Assembly: GCF_009914755.1 (NCBI RefSeq)
Contig: NC_060947.1
Origin: the human T2T-CHM13v2.0 reference genome, Homo sapiens
DNA: 64,000 bases
Strand: one strand, 5' to 3'
A model generated the notes under the pieces. That model was not told the origin of the DNA. It saw only the letters and a list, made by a program, of their open reading frames with translations, and did not search any database. Each line of letters begins with the position of its first letter. Position 1 is the stretch's first letter. Made by a program: the position numbers and the translations under genes. Shown piece by piece: positions 31,487-48,141 of this stretch.

Positions 31487-34214
31487 GTAATTCTGCACGT
31501 TTGCCCGCGTGCTCTCTGTGCTCTGTCGCAAACCTCTTTGGCCGGAGCCGACTTGTTCTCTCGTCTGCTCTAAGTTCTTTTAGCTTTTGGCTGGGCCCCA
31601 GGGGTCCTAGGCTTGGAGGGCGAGGCTGCTCACGGGTTTGGTGGTTTCTAGCCGCATTTTCCCCAGCCCAGAAAGCACCCGAAGTCACCCTTCGGGGATG
31701 GATCCCACTGAGGAAGGGCTGAGATTGCCGCTGGGACCCATTTTGTCCTTTTTCCTATTGGTGAAATGCAGTTCCGTTGCCTCCAGCTCCCAGTCGGCGA
31801 GATGGGACTTAATGCTTATCCTGCAAATCTCTAGGCTTCAAGGAAGGGACCTTGAAAGGTCATTTTACTTTCCCTTCCCCCACGCTCCTAGACCGTCGCA
31901 GCCAAATGAGAAACGGCCCACATCTCACAGGTTCCTGCACAAAAGGATATTTTTCCAAGAGGATGTTGATTTAACTTCAGGAGTAGACCCCCCCGCCCCC
32001 CGCCACTAAAGAATTGGGGTGGGAGGGTAGGGCGGGGCGAACTGGAGGAGGCCCTGCAGAGCTTACGTAACAGGCGTCTGCTGCCCTGCAGCGCGGTATC
32101 GTTGGACTCTTGGGCACAGGATTTGCATCAGGATTGTGACATACTAGGTAATGGTAGAGCAGGGTGTGGCTGCTCATACTTGCTGGCCTCCAATCTCATC
32201 CCCACGTGTGGCTAGAAAAGTAGAATTTTAAAATTGGGGGAAGTTTCCTCGTGCACTTTGGGTCTCTTACTCTGCGCATGTGGATCTCTAGTCACTTGCC
32301 AACACGGTTTCTCTCTTATCTGCCAGAATTGTTGGTAGAGTGGGCAGCTTTTACATTTATCCTTTTTGTCACGTGTGATATATTTGTGCATACCAGGAGC
32401 AAGGTGCAGGAGGATGAGTCGGTATGTAACTGATGGACTTGACTGTTCATATACCTTAACAGGATCCAAGAGTGGTGTTTTTGAGGGGTCATAAAGGTTT
32501 CTGTTGATAGCATTTTGCAACCTTGACCTTTTTGGGAAGTGGTTGATTGATGGGTAGGTATTTATTTGGCTGGTGTAATCTAGCCCCTTTTCCAATTTGG
32601 GCTGGTTCAAATGAGGGCTTGTGTTGGATATTAACAGACACGTAAGTCAGTAGGAGATCTCCCTTTACTCTAACTTTAAACATATGAGGACACGTTTGAG
32701 TTAGGGAACTGTATGGGTACCCTAAAAGGACATGTAGCTCTCCTCTTCTCTCTAATTTCACTTTGGTCAATATTTTTGCAGGTAACCGCTGCCCTGCTGT
32801 GGAGATAGAAGAACCCAATAATTTATGTCCATGAAAAATACCTGGTTTCCACATTTCCCCAAATGACATAGGCCTTTGTAATCTGGACAAAGTAGGAGTC
32901 ACAGCCATGTTAGTACTAGAGGAGTGCCCTTTCTGGCCCTCATACAATCCTAAAAAAAGGGGATAGACCCTGTAAAAAACAGGACAGGTGGACATTGGCA
33001 TGCAACTAGCTTTTAGGTTTTAATTAGTTCCTTGCATCTCCCCTGTGTTCGACGCTGATTCTTCCAGATGCATGGACCAACTAACAGACAAGGAGTGGGA
33101 CATTATGCTGATAACCTTCCTGTAATTGCAGTCTTGGGCTTTATTTCCTCTCTCTCTAGGGAAACTGGCTTGAGGAAGCTAGCTGGGGGCGGGATTGGAG
33201 GAGCTGCTTAACTTTTCTCCCTCTGGACCTAATAAAGTTTCATTTAGCACACGCTAACCCAAAGCCTTGAAATGATTGGCTAGTCCTGTTTTGCTGATGG
33301 AAAATGACCTGTTCAGGGTTACTGAACTACCAAGTTGGTGGCAGAGCTAGGAGTAGAATTTAGGTCTCCTTGGCTATCAACTAGATCCTCTGAATATTCG
33401 AGACAATGACCAAGGATACGTTGAAATAGAACTTTCTCCCGTAACCTGGATACCTTCTACTTATTTAGGCTGAGGACAGGAAGTTACATGGTTCCCTGAT
33501 TATTAATGTATTTCTTTTGAACAGAGAGTCACATTGTAGGCCTACTTTTTTGGAGGTGCTTAGGCAGCCATGTGGTGTCAGCTCAATTCCTTTTTGTTTC
33601 AACGTGGTGGTTGCTGGCGGTGTTTCCGGAATGGGGCTTCCTGAGTAGTGGCTGCCTCATTTGTCGTCTTTGTCCTGCAGAAGTGAACTATGGTATTTGC
33701 TGACTCTTCTGGTCCACTGGTTTGGATTGCCAAGGGAAATTGATTTGTTGAGGTAACATGGGATAGCCAGAAACCTCTGACTTGTTAATTACCAGGTTCC
33801 ATCTTAGTTTTTTAGGACTCCGCAGTTGACTTTACAGCCTCTTTGAATACACTTCTGCTTATTTTTGTGGTAATTTCCTTTCTTTCTCTCATAGGTTGCC
33901 AGTCATCCTTTGCCTGCTTGTAAAGCACTTCCTTTTTGCTTGCTCCTGCCTTTTTTTTTAAACCTTACTGGTTTTCTCCAACTTGTAACTTGTAAAGAAA
34001 CTGCTTTGATGTAGTGGGAAGAGAAACAGGAAAAAATTGAGAGCAGAGAAAAAGTCACTAAGACACCCACAATATCCCAGTTTTCCATCTGGGGCAGTGA
34101 AGCATTGATGGACATGGTTCCTTTGAGAGTTTTTAATGGAACTGGACCTGGGACCTGAGATTTCAGGTGATAGAGACTTGATATTCTTATTCCAGCTAAA
34201 TCAGTATATTTTTT

Positions 34215-34960
34215 AATGTTTTATTTTGAAATAAAGATTCATGGGAGGTTACAAAGTTAGAGAGGTCTTGTGTTCAACCCATTTTCCCCCAATGGATGCA
34301 TCTTACCTAATTATAGAACAATATCAAAAGTAGGAAATTGACATTGGTATAAAGTGTGTATGGTTCTATGCCATTTTATTACGTGCGTAGATTTGTGTAA
34401 CCGCCACCACAATCAAGATACAGAACTATTAGATCACCACCAAGATCTCCTTCATGCTACCTCTTTATAATAATAACCACCCCCCTTCCTGACTCCTGGT
34501 AACTACTGATCTGTCCACTGTTTCTAAAATTTTGTCACTTCAAAAATACTATACAGATTGAATCACATGGTATATAACCTTTTGGGATTAACTTTTTTCA
34601 CTTAGCATAATGTCCTCAAAATTTATCCACATTGTCACATGTATCAAAAGTTCATACCTGTGTATTGCTGAGTAGTATTCCATGGTGTGGTTGTATTATA
34701 GTTTGTTTAACTATCATTGAAGGATATTAGGGTTGTTTCTGATTTGGGGCTATTACAAATACAGCTGCTGTGAACATTTGTATACAAGTCTTGGTATGGA
34801 CATACGCTGTCATTTTTCATGGGTAAACACCTAGGAGTGGAATTGCTGGGCCACGTCCTTTTGAGGTATCCCCAGACTGTTTTCCAAGGTGGCTGCAGCA
34901 TTTCACATTTCTACCAGCAGTATTTGAGTAATCAGTTTCTCTGCTTCATTACCAGCTATT
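34215..34960 (-). mobile_element. Old L1M 3' fragment in PGK1 intron 1
   Basis: GCTGAGTAGTATTCCATGGT...CCTAGGAGTGGAATTGCTGGG motifs. Confidence 0.75.
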
Positions 34961-36947
34961 TTAGTTATTTTTCGTTCTGATGGATATGTAGTAATAACTG
35001 ACTTTGTGCCTGAAGCAAAGCTCAGGGGTGTTATAAGGAAACGAAAAAAAAAAAAAAGAAAATTGTGCATATTTTATGTAAAATGGAACAAGTAGAATCT
35101 GTAGGCAAGAGCAGTTCCTGTGTTGGAGTCCTCTGAGGAGAAGCTAAAAGCAGAGCTGTTGTGAGTGTAGGAGATAAGGGGAGGTAATCCAGAGGGCATT
35201 GAGGAGAGAGTATCAACCAAGTCTAATTCATTAGTAAGCTGACACCATGGCAGCTTGGATAGATGAGACAGTTTCTTAGGTGTCTCTGTCCAAAGATATT
35301 CCTCCCTGTAAGGGTTGGGGGTAGAGAGTAGCACTGCAAGAAGTGGCTTGTGCCCATCCTTTTGCCATTAGTCCTTTTGAGCATAGGCCTTCTGGGAGGT
35401 TGCATGGGGGAAAATGACCCATGGTAATGGGATATTCTCTCTTCTTTGGAATGTACTTTAAGGCTGGCAGGCTCCTTGTTCAGGATATTTAAAGAAGACA
35501 GAGAATCAAGTGGCCTGAAACAAAGTAGAGTGTATTTCTTTCATCAGAGGCTTACTGCCTTTAATTTTGAAGACTTTAAAACATGTTTTACTATAGAATT
35601 ATTTTTCCTCAGCCTACCTTTGGAAAGGCTGTTCTTCAGTGAGGTAGATTGGAGTTCAGGCCTAGTGGATATAGGAAATTGGTGGTCTTCTCAGTATGTC
35701 TGTAGGAGTTTGTAATTGCCTTAGCCTTAGAGAGGAAGGGGTATTTAAAAAGGCAGAGGAAAAAGATGGAGGCTTATAATCAAGGATAGCAGCAGTCTTC
35801 TTGATTAGGTCATACTTCACTGTAGTCCCTTTGCAAGTGATGTTAGCTGTTTTTAGTAGTGGTTGATTTACTTGTCAAATCACAGAATTACATTTTGGAG
35901 AAACATATAACAACAACACTTTTATGGCATTTACTGTGTGTCAGGTACACTTCTAAGCACTTTACAAATTGCTGACTTACTAATTCTCTCAGTAACTACG
36001 AGGTAGATACTGTCATCCCGATGAGAAAAAAATCACTTAAAAATAATCATGGCAGGCACAACTCTTAAACCTTAAAAATAGCTGCCATACATTATTGTTT
36101 TCATTCACATTGAAGTAGGCTGAGGTTCCAAGGAGTTCAGAATAATTGGTTCTTAAGAATGATAACATAGTAATCTGTTGGGTAAGAGATACTGCAGTAC
36201 ATTATTTTCTTGTGTCGTCTTGATTACTTCCCTTCTAATTTGCCTGTTTGTCAGGTGGGCTGGGGCACATGTCCCACCCTCTCTTCTCAGGCTTTTTGAA
36301 AGAGGCTGTCTTATGTTGTGTGTATTGCTTGAAGGACCCCTAGTCTTAAGGCCCCAGGCTTTCTCCAAAAAGAATGATTTTCTCTTAGTGTGTTTTATTT
36401 TTATTTTAATTTTTTTCTCGAGTCATGTTAGTTTCACGAGGACCCAGAAATAGTATCAAGGGAATTAGGATCAAGATGCATTCCTTATTATTCCTCACCC
36501 CTCTAGCTGCTACCCGGATACTATTGTGCCAGGCCCAGACAGATATCTTTTTAGGTGGAACTAGCTTTAGCTTCCCAGATCTTCAGGGCTAGTTCCTGTG
36601 ATTTAAGTTAGGTTTTTTTTTTAAAATTCTTTTTAAAGTATGAATACATACCTAAAAGGGCACAAATCACAAGTTCAAAGAATTACCACAAAATGAGCAC
36701 ATTTGTATGGTCACTGAGGTTAAGAGATAGAACATTACCAGAACCCCAAAGCCTCTGGTGTCGTTATCCCAGTCACCACTCCCGCCATCCTCCCCATGAC
36801 TAACCACTATTTTGACTTTTAATGCCACTGATTATTTTTAAGATGAGATTTGAATTTCTGACTTATTTAACTGGTTCATTAAAAATGCATCTCCTAGTCT
36901 TTGATGGAACAGTAAGTTGATCATGGTCTTGCATCTTTCTTTTTTAG

Positions 36948-36998
36948 AGTCGACTTCAATGTTCCTATGAAGAACAACCAGATAACAAACAACCAGAG
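36948..36998 (+). CDS. PGK1: PGK1 exon 2
   Basis: VDFNVPMKNNQITNNQR; TAG|A...AG|GTAAGG; 51 nt. Confidence 0.99.
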
Positions 36999-37244
36999 GT
37001 AAGGTCCCTGCTAATCCTTGGGCTGGGTTTAAGATGTGTGTAGGTACACAGGATGAAATGTTTTTCCTTTCATATTGTATTATGGAACTGTAGCAACTTA
37101 AAACAAATGATTTTGGCTTTCTATCAACCCACTCTCTGATCTGCTTTCTTATTTATGAGAATATACAAATATAAGCAAAATCTTAAGAAAGTGATTCCCC
37201 TTCCCTTGTTTTTTGAAAATTAGAAGAATTTGGAGTTCATTTTC

Positions 37245-40610
<3,366 letters not shown>

Positions 40611-40777
40611 AAAGGGGCAGATACATAATGAGATTGTACAATCCTAGGTGGAGGGTTGGCATTGCATTTAACTTCTTAAGGACCACCATTGAATTACTGA
40701 TAGTAGATTTGAAGGAACTTGGAGAAGAAAAGGAGCTTTATGCTTTATGAGGTTATCAATAAGCTAGTTCCCACTAA

Positions 40778-40981
<204 letters not shown>

Positions 40982-41007
40982 TAAGTGCCAGGCTCTGGTG
41001 CTGGTAG

Positions 41008-41280
<273 letters not shown>

Positions 41281-42456
41281 TGAGTCTGTAAGAGACTGTG
41301 GTTGAAGAATAGAGAAAGCTCATTTATTTTAACTTAGACACCTTTTATTGAAGCATACAATGCCGACACAGCTTGATGGGTTATCTCAAAGTAAACACAC
41401 TTGTGTAACCACCACCCAGGTCAAGGAATAGAATATTACCAGCATCCCAGAAGCCCTCCTTCATGTTCAGGTGGTGTTTAAATATGTTTGAAAAATATGT
41501 GAACACCTTTGAGGTGAAAGAGTATTCAGTGAATATGATGGTCATGATGATGTCACCTTGGATTTAAGGCATTTTCTTAAGATGTGTAAAGTATGTTCCT
41601 TTAAATCTCTCTTTAAGATAGAGGTACAGGTATCGACTTATTTCATAAAGAAACTAAGTCTCAAAAAAAAAAAAACTTAAGTTTCTGAAAGGCAGTCATA
41701 CGATTAAAGTTAGAGGCAGTGGTGCTGTTGGTCTTTAGAGCTCAGCCCATTCAATCAGCAAACTTTTTCTATAAATGGCCAGATAGTTAATATTTTAGGC
41801 TTTCTGTGTTGTGCAGTCACTTCCATCTGCATATAGTCTCTGTTGGAACTACTCACCTCTGCCGATGTTGTGCAAAAGCAGCCATAGATAACTCACCAAA
41901 CAGATTACTGTGAACTGACAACCAGAATTCAAATATTCAATGATAAAACTGGCTCTTTGCAGATGATTTTGAATTTGCCCATTGACTAGAAAGGAAGCTG
42001 AAGGCATTTTTTAGTACTTTCCACTATTCTGGTCTTTAGTATCTCGGAGAACAAGATGCTCTGAGTCTAGTGTCTCAGTCTCCTTTGGCTTCTCACATTT
42101 ATTAAGGTCATTGGGAGTGCCTGCTTTCAAGCAGTTTCTTTTTTTAGCACCAAAGATGCTGGTCTTGCCTTATCCTGCTTTTGGCATGGTCTTGCTGCAG
42201 TATTAGGAGTCAAATGCTGACCTAAAATTTGGTGTCCTTTTAATCTGGAACTCATGATGCATGAACTCTAGGGCTTAGAAGTGGCAGGAGGCAAAGGGCA
42301 TATTGAAGCAAAACTTTTTATTTAGGAAATGATGAGCTGACTATGTAGTCTATGACTTTTTTAGTAAACTGACTTGACATTCACTATCTAATGGCTTTTA
42401 ATACCTGAAATTTCAGGAGTCAGTCCCAAGTTCAAAATGGATTAAAAAAACAGTGA

Positions 42457-43240
42457 GGCTGGGTGCGGTGCCTCATGCCTGTAATCCCAGCGCTTTGGGA
42501 GGCCGAGGTGGGTGGATCACAAGGTCAGGAGTTCGAGACCTGCCTGGCCAACATGGTGAAACCCTGTTTCTACTAAAAATACAAAAAAGTCGGGCATGGT
42601 GGCAAGTGCCTGTAATTCCAGCTACTCCGGAGGCTGAGGCAGGAGAATTGCTTGAACCCAGGATGTGGAGGTTGCAGTGAGCCAAGTTTGCAGCACTGCA
42701 TTCCAGCCTGGGCAACAGAGCAAGACTCTGTCTCAAAAAAACCACAAAAACAAAGTGAGGATATGAGGACATAAACATTTTCCCTTTATCCAAAGTGCCC
42801 ACATTGATCTTTTAAGGGCCTTCTCTTTCTTCTAGTTATTTGCAGATCAGTAAATGAGAAATGGGTTCTGATTGATATTATTTCCATGGCACCTTTTTTC
42901 ATGAAGAGCTTTCAATTTACCCTGTTTTTCCTTAAATATCTTTTTAAAGAGACAGGGTCTTGTTCTGTTGCCCATGGTGGAGTGCAGTGGCATGACATTA
43001 ATTATTGCAGCCTCAAACTTGAGGGCTGAAGTGATCCTCCTGCCTCATCCTTGTAGGGAGCTAGGACTACAGGCACATACCACCATGTCCAACTGACCTT
43101 TACTTTTTTTTTTTTTTCCTGGTAGAGACGGGGTCTTGCTATGTTGCCCAGGCTCATCTCGAACTCCTGGGCTTAAGTGATCCTCCCATATTGGCCTCCC
43201 AAAGTGTTGGGATTATAGGTGTGAGCTACTGCCCCTGGCC
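42457..43240. mobile_element. Oppositely oriented Alus in intron 4: 42457-42754(+) and 42940-43240(-)
   Basis: Alu consensus on both strands. Confidence 0.93.
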
Positions 43241-44392
43241 TCCTTAAATAGTTCGTAAATGGAGGGGTTATTATGCCTTTTTGATAGAAGGGAAAATTTC
43301 AGAGCAACTTCCCAAAGGTGACACAATGAATTAGTGTCAGAGCTGGACATAGAACTCAGGTCTCCTTACATTTGAGCATTGTTATCATTACTACATGTGT
43401 CATCTTCCAATCACTAGTGGCAGATGTTATTGTAGTCTACAGAGCTTATGGGAGTGCCACAATCTTCAATTTTAGCATTAGTGCCTCTGCAATTCTTTGG
43501 ATCTTTAGGGAAAAGCCCCATTTTTTATGGCAGTCCCCTTCACCTCCTTGATACATAGGAGCATAGGAGTGGGCAGTGACTTAAAATGAACATCTGCTTT
43601 GTGCTATGTACTCTTCTGTGTCCTGTCCCCTTTCATCTGGCTTGCTTCCTGTGCCTCTTTGCTTAATCTCCTGCCAGAGACTCTCTGGTTTGCTTATCCT
43701 CCCATCTTGCTTTCTGTCCCCTTTGGGGTATGCCTTGATGGCAAGCTGACATTTTAAAGCTCTATGTTTAACTTCTACATTTTCTTCCTCTCTTTTTGTA
43801 GAAGTATATTTCTTGTTTTCTCAGATGCCTAGCTTCCAGAGAAGGTCATAAAATACCTTTTTGTCAATGTGAAGTGTTTCTGAGGTTCTTTTCTGTTGTC
43901 ATGTTTCCATCTGCCTTCTCTGTCCCAGCTTGCCCTTGTTGCTTTTATGAGGAATATGTGTGAGAGCCCCTTGCACTTCGCAGAAAGGCCTTGGTAGCCA
44001 GCAGCTTGAGTCAAGTATGATACTATCACAAGGAGAATGTTTAAAATGAGGAACTAAGTCAAGGAGAGGGAAGGATAATCAGAACCTTGAGCTGAAGGCT
44101 GGGGAGAGGCTAGTGGGGTGTGGTTAACTTCATGTGATTAGAGGTAAAGCCATCGTTCAGGAATATTAGGTTTGCAATTTGAGGGAAGTTAAGGGAGAGC
44201 AGAAACATGCAGAAATGACCAAAGTATCTGGAATATTTGGAAGAAAGAACACATCCTACTGCTGGTTGTAAAAAATCGCTGTCCCACCTACTCAGGGTCT
44301 TTAGAGATGTTCAAGAGGACTCTTGGTGTATGAAATGCTTTTATAGTTGTCTTTGGAGCCATCACATTTTCTGTTTTTGTTTTTCTCTATAG

Positions 44393-44496
44393 GTTAAAGC
44401 CGAGCCAGCCAAAATAGAAGCTTTCCGAGCTTCACTTTCCAAGCTAGGGGATGTCTATGTCAATGATGCTTTTGGCACTGCTCACAGAGCCCACAG
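44393..44496 (+). CDS. PGK1: PGK1 exon 5
   Basis: [34 protein letters not shown](S); 104 nt. Confidence 0.99.
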
Positions 44497-45131
44497 GTAC
44501 CAAGAACCTTGTAGACTACCACACTGAGAACAGTATTCCTATTTACTTGAGTAGCCCAAGCTCTGGGTTGTTTTTGGAGAGTTTTGTATTATACTGTAAT
44601 CCTTTCAGCTTCTCTAATTGGAACTGCCACTATGGCTCTTGTTGAGTAGCTCTCATCCAAAGAGGAAATAAAGGTAAAAAAATGTTGGTAATTGTAGGGC
44701 TTTTTGTGGAGTTTCAGGAAGAGGTTGCTCTTTCTCACCTTAGATATTTTGTACAGAGTTATCCTTTTATGAACGTTATAAGATCAGACTCTCATGCTGT
44801 CAGTAGGAAGCAAATTGAGGAATCCTCTTCTGCTATCATCAACCGGCCAATTACTTACTGTGATTTGCCCTTTGGCCTGCCTGAAGAGTGTTAACTGGGT
44901 ATCTTAAATTCTACCTAAGTTCATTACTTTTTTACTCTTTCCCTTTGACCTTGCACTATTAGTTAAAAATCTTATCTTGTACCTAAGTGTTTTTTGTTGC
45001 AATGTAGGGATGAAAACCATGATTTCTTGCAGTCCAGAAGTAGAAATATTTTAGTGATAAGGAGCTGGCCTCTAGGACTAGGAGGAATGATAGGGATTGA
45101 CTAGAATCTGAATGTCTTTGATCTTTTCTAG

Positions 45132-45251
45132 CTCCATGGTAGGAGTCAATCTGCCACAGAAGGCTGGTGGGTTTTTGATGAAGAAGGAGCTGAACTACTT
45201 TGCAAAGGCCTTGGAGAGCCCAGAGCGACCCTTCCTGGCCATCCTGGGCGG
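45132..45251 (+). CDS. PGK1: PGK1 exon 6
   Basis: [39 protein letters not shown](G); 120 nt. Confidence 0.99.
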
Positions 45252-45380
45252 GTATGAAGAACTCTTTAAGATCATGCTTTAAGTATTGTTTGCCTGGTAG
45301 TAGGCCATAACTTGGGTGGTTTATTGTCATATAGCTCAGTCACACTGGGTAACTGAGGAGAATTTAATAAAGGAACTACA

Positions 45381-45856
<476 letters not shown>

Positions 45857-46154
45857 CTATCTGATGGGAACTGTAGCCTTTGGTCAAAGGACACAAGATC
45901 TGGTAGGGAGGGGGAGCCAGGGCAATAAATATTCTGATCTCCTTTCAGTCTCCTGCTGCTGCACCCCCTCCCACCCTCAATTTGGCTGAAACCCAAATGG
46001 AAGCCAGAGCGCAAGAAAGCTCCTTGATGTAGTCCATGCAGGTCCTCCTCCTGTGATGCAACAGGGTAGAGAAGGATAGAAGATGGCTCTGCAGGGAAGA
46101 ATGGGAAAGATCCACCATAGGTGCTCATTTAGCAATTTTGAAGTGCTTGAGCCT

Positions 46155-46269
46155 TATAACCTGGCAGGGTATAACTATATAACCTGGCAGGGTATAACCA
46201 TATAATCTGGCAGGGTATAACCATATAATCTGGCAGGGTATAACCATATAACCTGGCAGGGTATAACTA
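46155..46269. repeat. Minisatellite, 5 x 23 bp TATAAYCTGGCAGGGTATAACYA
   Basis: Units start at 46155, 46178, 46201, 46224 and 46247. Confidence 0.95.
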
Positions 46270-46637
46270 TGAAAACCTCTTCATATGTGTTTAATATATA
46301 ATTTAGACCTCATTTCTCCAGATTACATACCTATTTTATCTTTTCTCCTATAGGGAAAGGCAGCAAGTAGATAATGATTTTCCAATGGGTTAGTTAAAAA
46401 TAGAAATTTCAGAATTGAGGGTTGAGAGGAGGATAAATTTTAGGTGAGAGAGCTAGCACTGCTTGGATAAGACAATTTCCTGTGACTTGGTGTGGTGATC
46501 TAGGTAGCAGTCTCTTTATGGCTGGAGGCCCATTACCCTTCTATGAGCAGGGTTTTTTCCCCCAGGGGAGTGAACATACTATCTCCTGATGAAAATTGAC
46601 TCTGGAGTTGGGTGTCAATTTCAGGTAGCATAGTTGC

Positions 46638-46959
46638 TTATACTGTTTGGCTCTGTGTCTCCACCCAAATCTCATCTCGAATTATCCCCACGTGTTGTGG
46701 GAGGGACCTGGTGATTGGATCAAGGGGGCGGTTCACCCCATACTGTTCTTGTGATAGTGTTGTTTGGCAGTTCCACCCTCGCTCGCCTCTCTCTTGCCAC
46801 CATGTAAGATGTGACTTGCTTCCCCTTTGCCTTCCGCCACGATTGTAAATTTCCTGAGGCCTCTCCAGCCATGCGGAACTGTGAGTCAATTTAACCTTTC
46901 TTTATAAATTACCAAGTCTCAGGTAGTCCTTTATAGCATTGTGAAAATGGGCTAATACA
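46638..46959 (+). mobile_element. THE1/MST-type MaLR solo LTR
   Basis: TTTGGCTCTGTGTCTCCACCCAAATCTCATC...CTAATACA; 5-bp TSD GTTGC. Confidence 0.85.
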
Positions 46960-47579
46960 GTTGCTTTCTAGGCTTTATGAGCCCAGTTTCAGAGTCTTAA
47001 AAATAACTCAGGTAGATACAGGTTGTTGTGTCTTGTTCTTGGAAAAAGGTATCTATTCCTGGGCTTTGTTCTTCAACTTTCTGTAGACCTGGAATATGGG
47101 AGTGAGTGCCACCTAGTGCTACCTTATGGTTAGGTTTTTAGGTTCAGACTGAAATAGCTGTTACGGGGAATTGGATGTGAGATTTTTTTGCCACCTTTCT
47201 TGTAGTGTAGTTTCCCTAGGCCATTAACAGTTTTTGGGAAAACTTTTATATTTTATTAAACAAACTTTATTGTAAGAAACACTCATATGTATGGAAGTTG
47301 AGAGAATAGTGTAGTAAACTCCCAGGTATCCATTACCCTGTTTCAACAATTAATTGACAGTTTTGCTAATCTTGTTTCTTTTATGTCCTAACTCTGTTTT
47401 GTCAGGAATGTACACACACACACACACACATATATATACACACACACACGTATATATTCCTGACAAAGTGAATACAAGTGAAATAAATATGTGTATATAT
47501 GTGTGTGTGTGTGTGTACATATATAGATATTTTAGATATATAGACATATCTATATATCTAGATCTAGATCTATATATAG

Positions 47580-47873
47580 ATTTTTTTTTTTCTGATACAG
47601 GGTCTCACTCTGCTGCCCAGGCTGAAGTGCAGTGGCATGATCACAGCTCACTGCAGCTTTGACCTTCCAGGCTCAAGCGATCCTCCCACCTCAGCCTCCC
47701 TAGTACCTGGGACTACAGGCATGCATCACCATGCCTGGCTAATTTTTGAATCTTTTTGTAGAGACAGGGTCTCACTGTGTTGCCCAGGCTGGTCTCGAAC
47801 TCTGGGGCTCAGGCGATCTGCCTGCCTTGGTCTCCCAAAGTGTTGAGATTACAGGCGTGAGCTTGTGCCCTGC
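47580..47873 (-). mobile_element. Alu with an expanded microsatellite tail region (47412-47580)
   Basis: TSD TGTCAGGAATGT at 47400-47411 and 47874-47885. Confidence 0.88.
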
Positions 47874-47923
47874 TGTCAGGAATGTTTTTAAGTTAGCCTT
47901 AGACATCATATACTTTCACTTAC

Positions 47924-48141
47924 ATAGGTTGAGTATCTTTTATCTGAAATGCTTGGGACCATAAATGTTTTGGATTTCAGATTTATTTTTGGATTTTGGA
48001 ATATTTGCATGGTACTTACCAGTTGAGCATCCTAATCTGAAAATATGAAATCTGAAATGTTCCAATGATATTTCCTTTGAGCTCAAACAGTTTTGATCTT
48101 GGAGGATTTTAGATTTTTGGATTAGGGATACTCAACCTGTA
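47924..48141. mobile_element. Tigger4/MER46-type MITE
   Basis: TIRs AGGTTGAGTATC / GATACTCAACCTG followed by TA. Confidence 0.75.

Noticed and set aside
30727-31722. 221-aa antisense ORF and overlapping ORFs over the promoter
   Set aside because: Stop-poor CpG-island sequence giving R/P/A-rich peptides with no recognisable domain, many with non-ATG starts
32212-33001. 132-aa and 170-aa antisense ORFs in intron 1
   Set aside because: No recognisable homology, splice structure or retrocopy hallmarks; would need Ribo-seq or conservation support
46155-46269. CRISPR-like array
   Set aside because: Units are contiguous with no unique spacers, there are no cas genes, and the context is a primate intron
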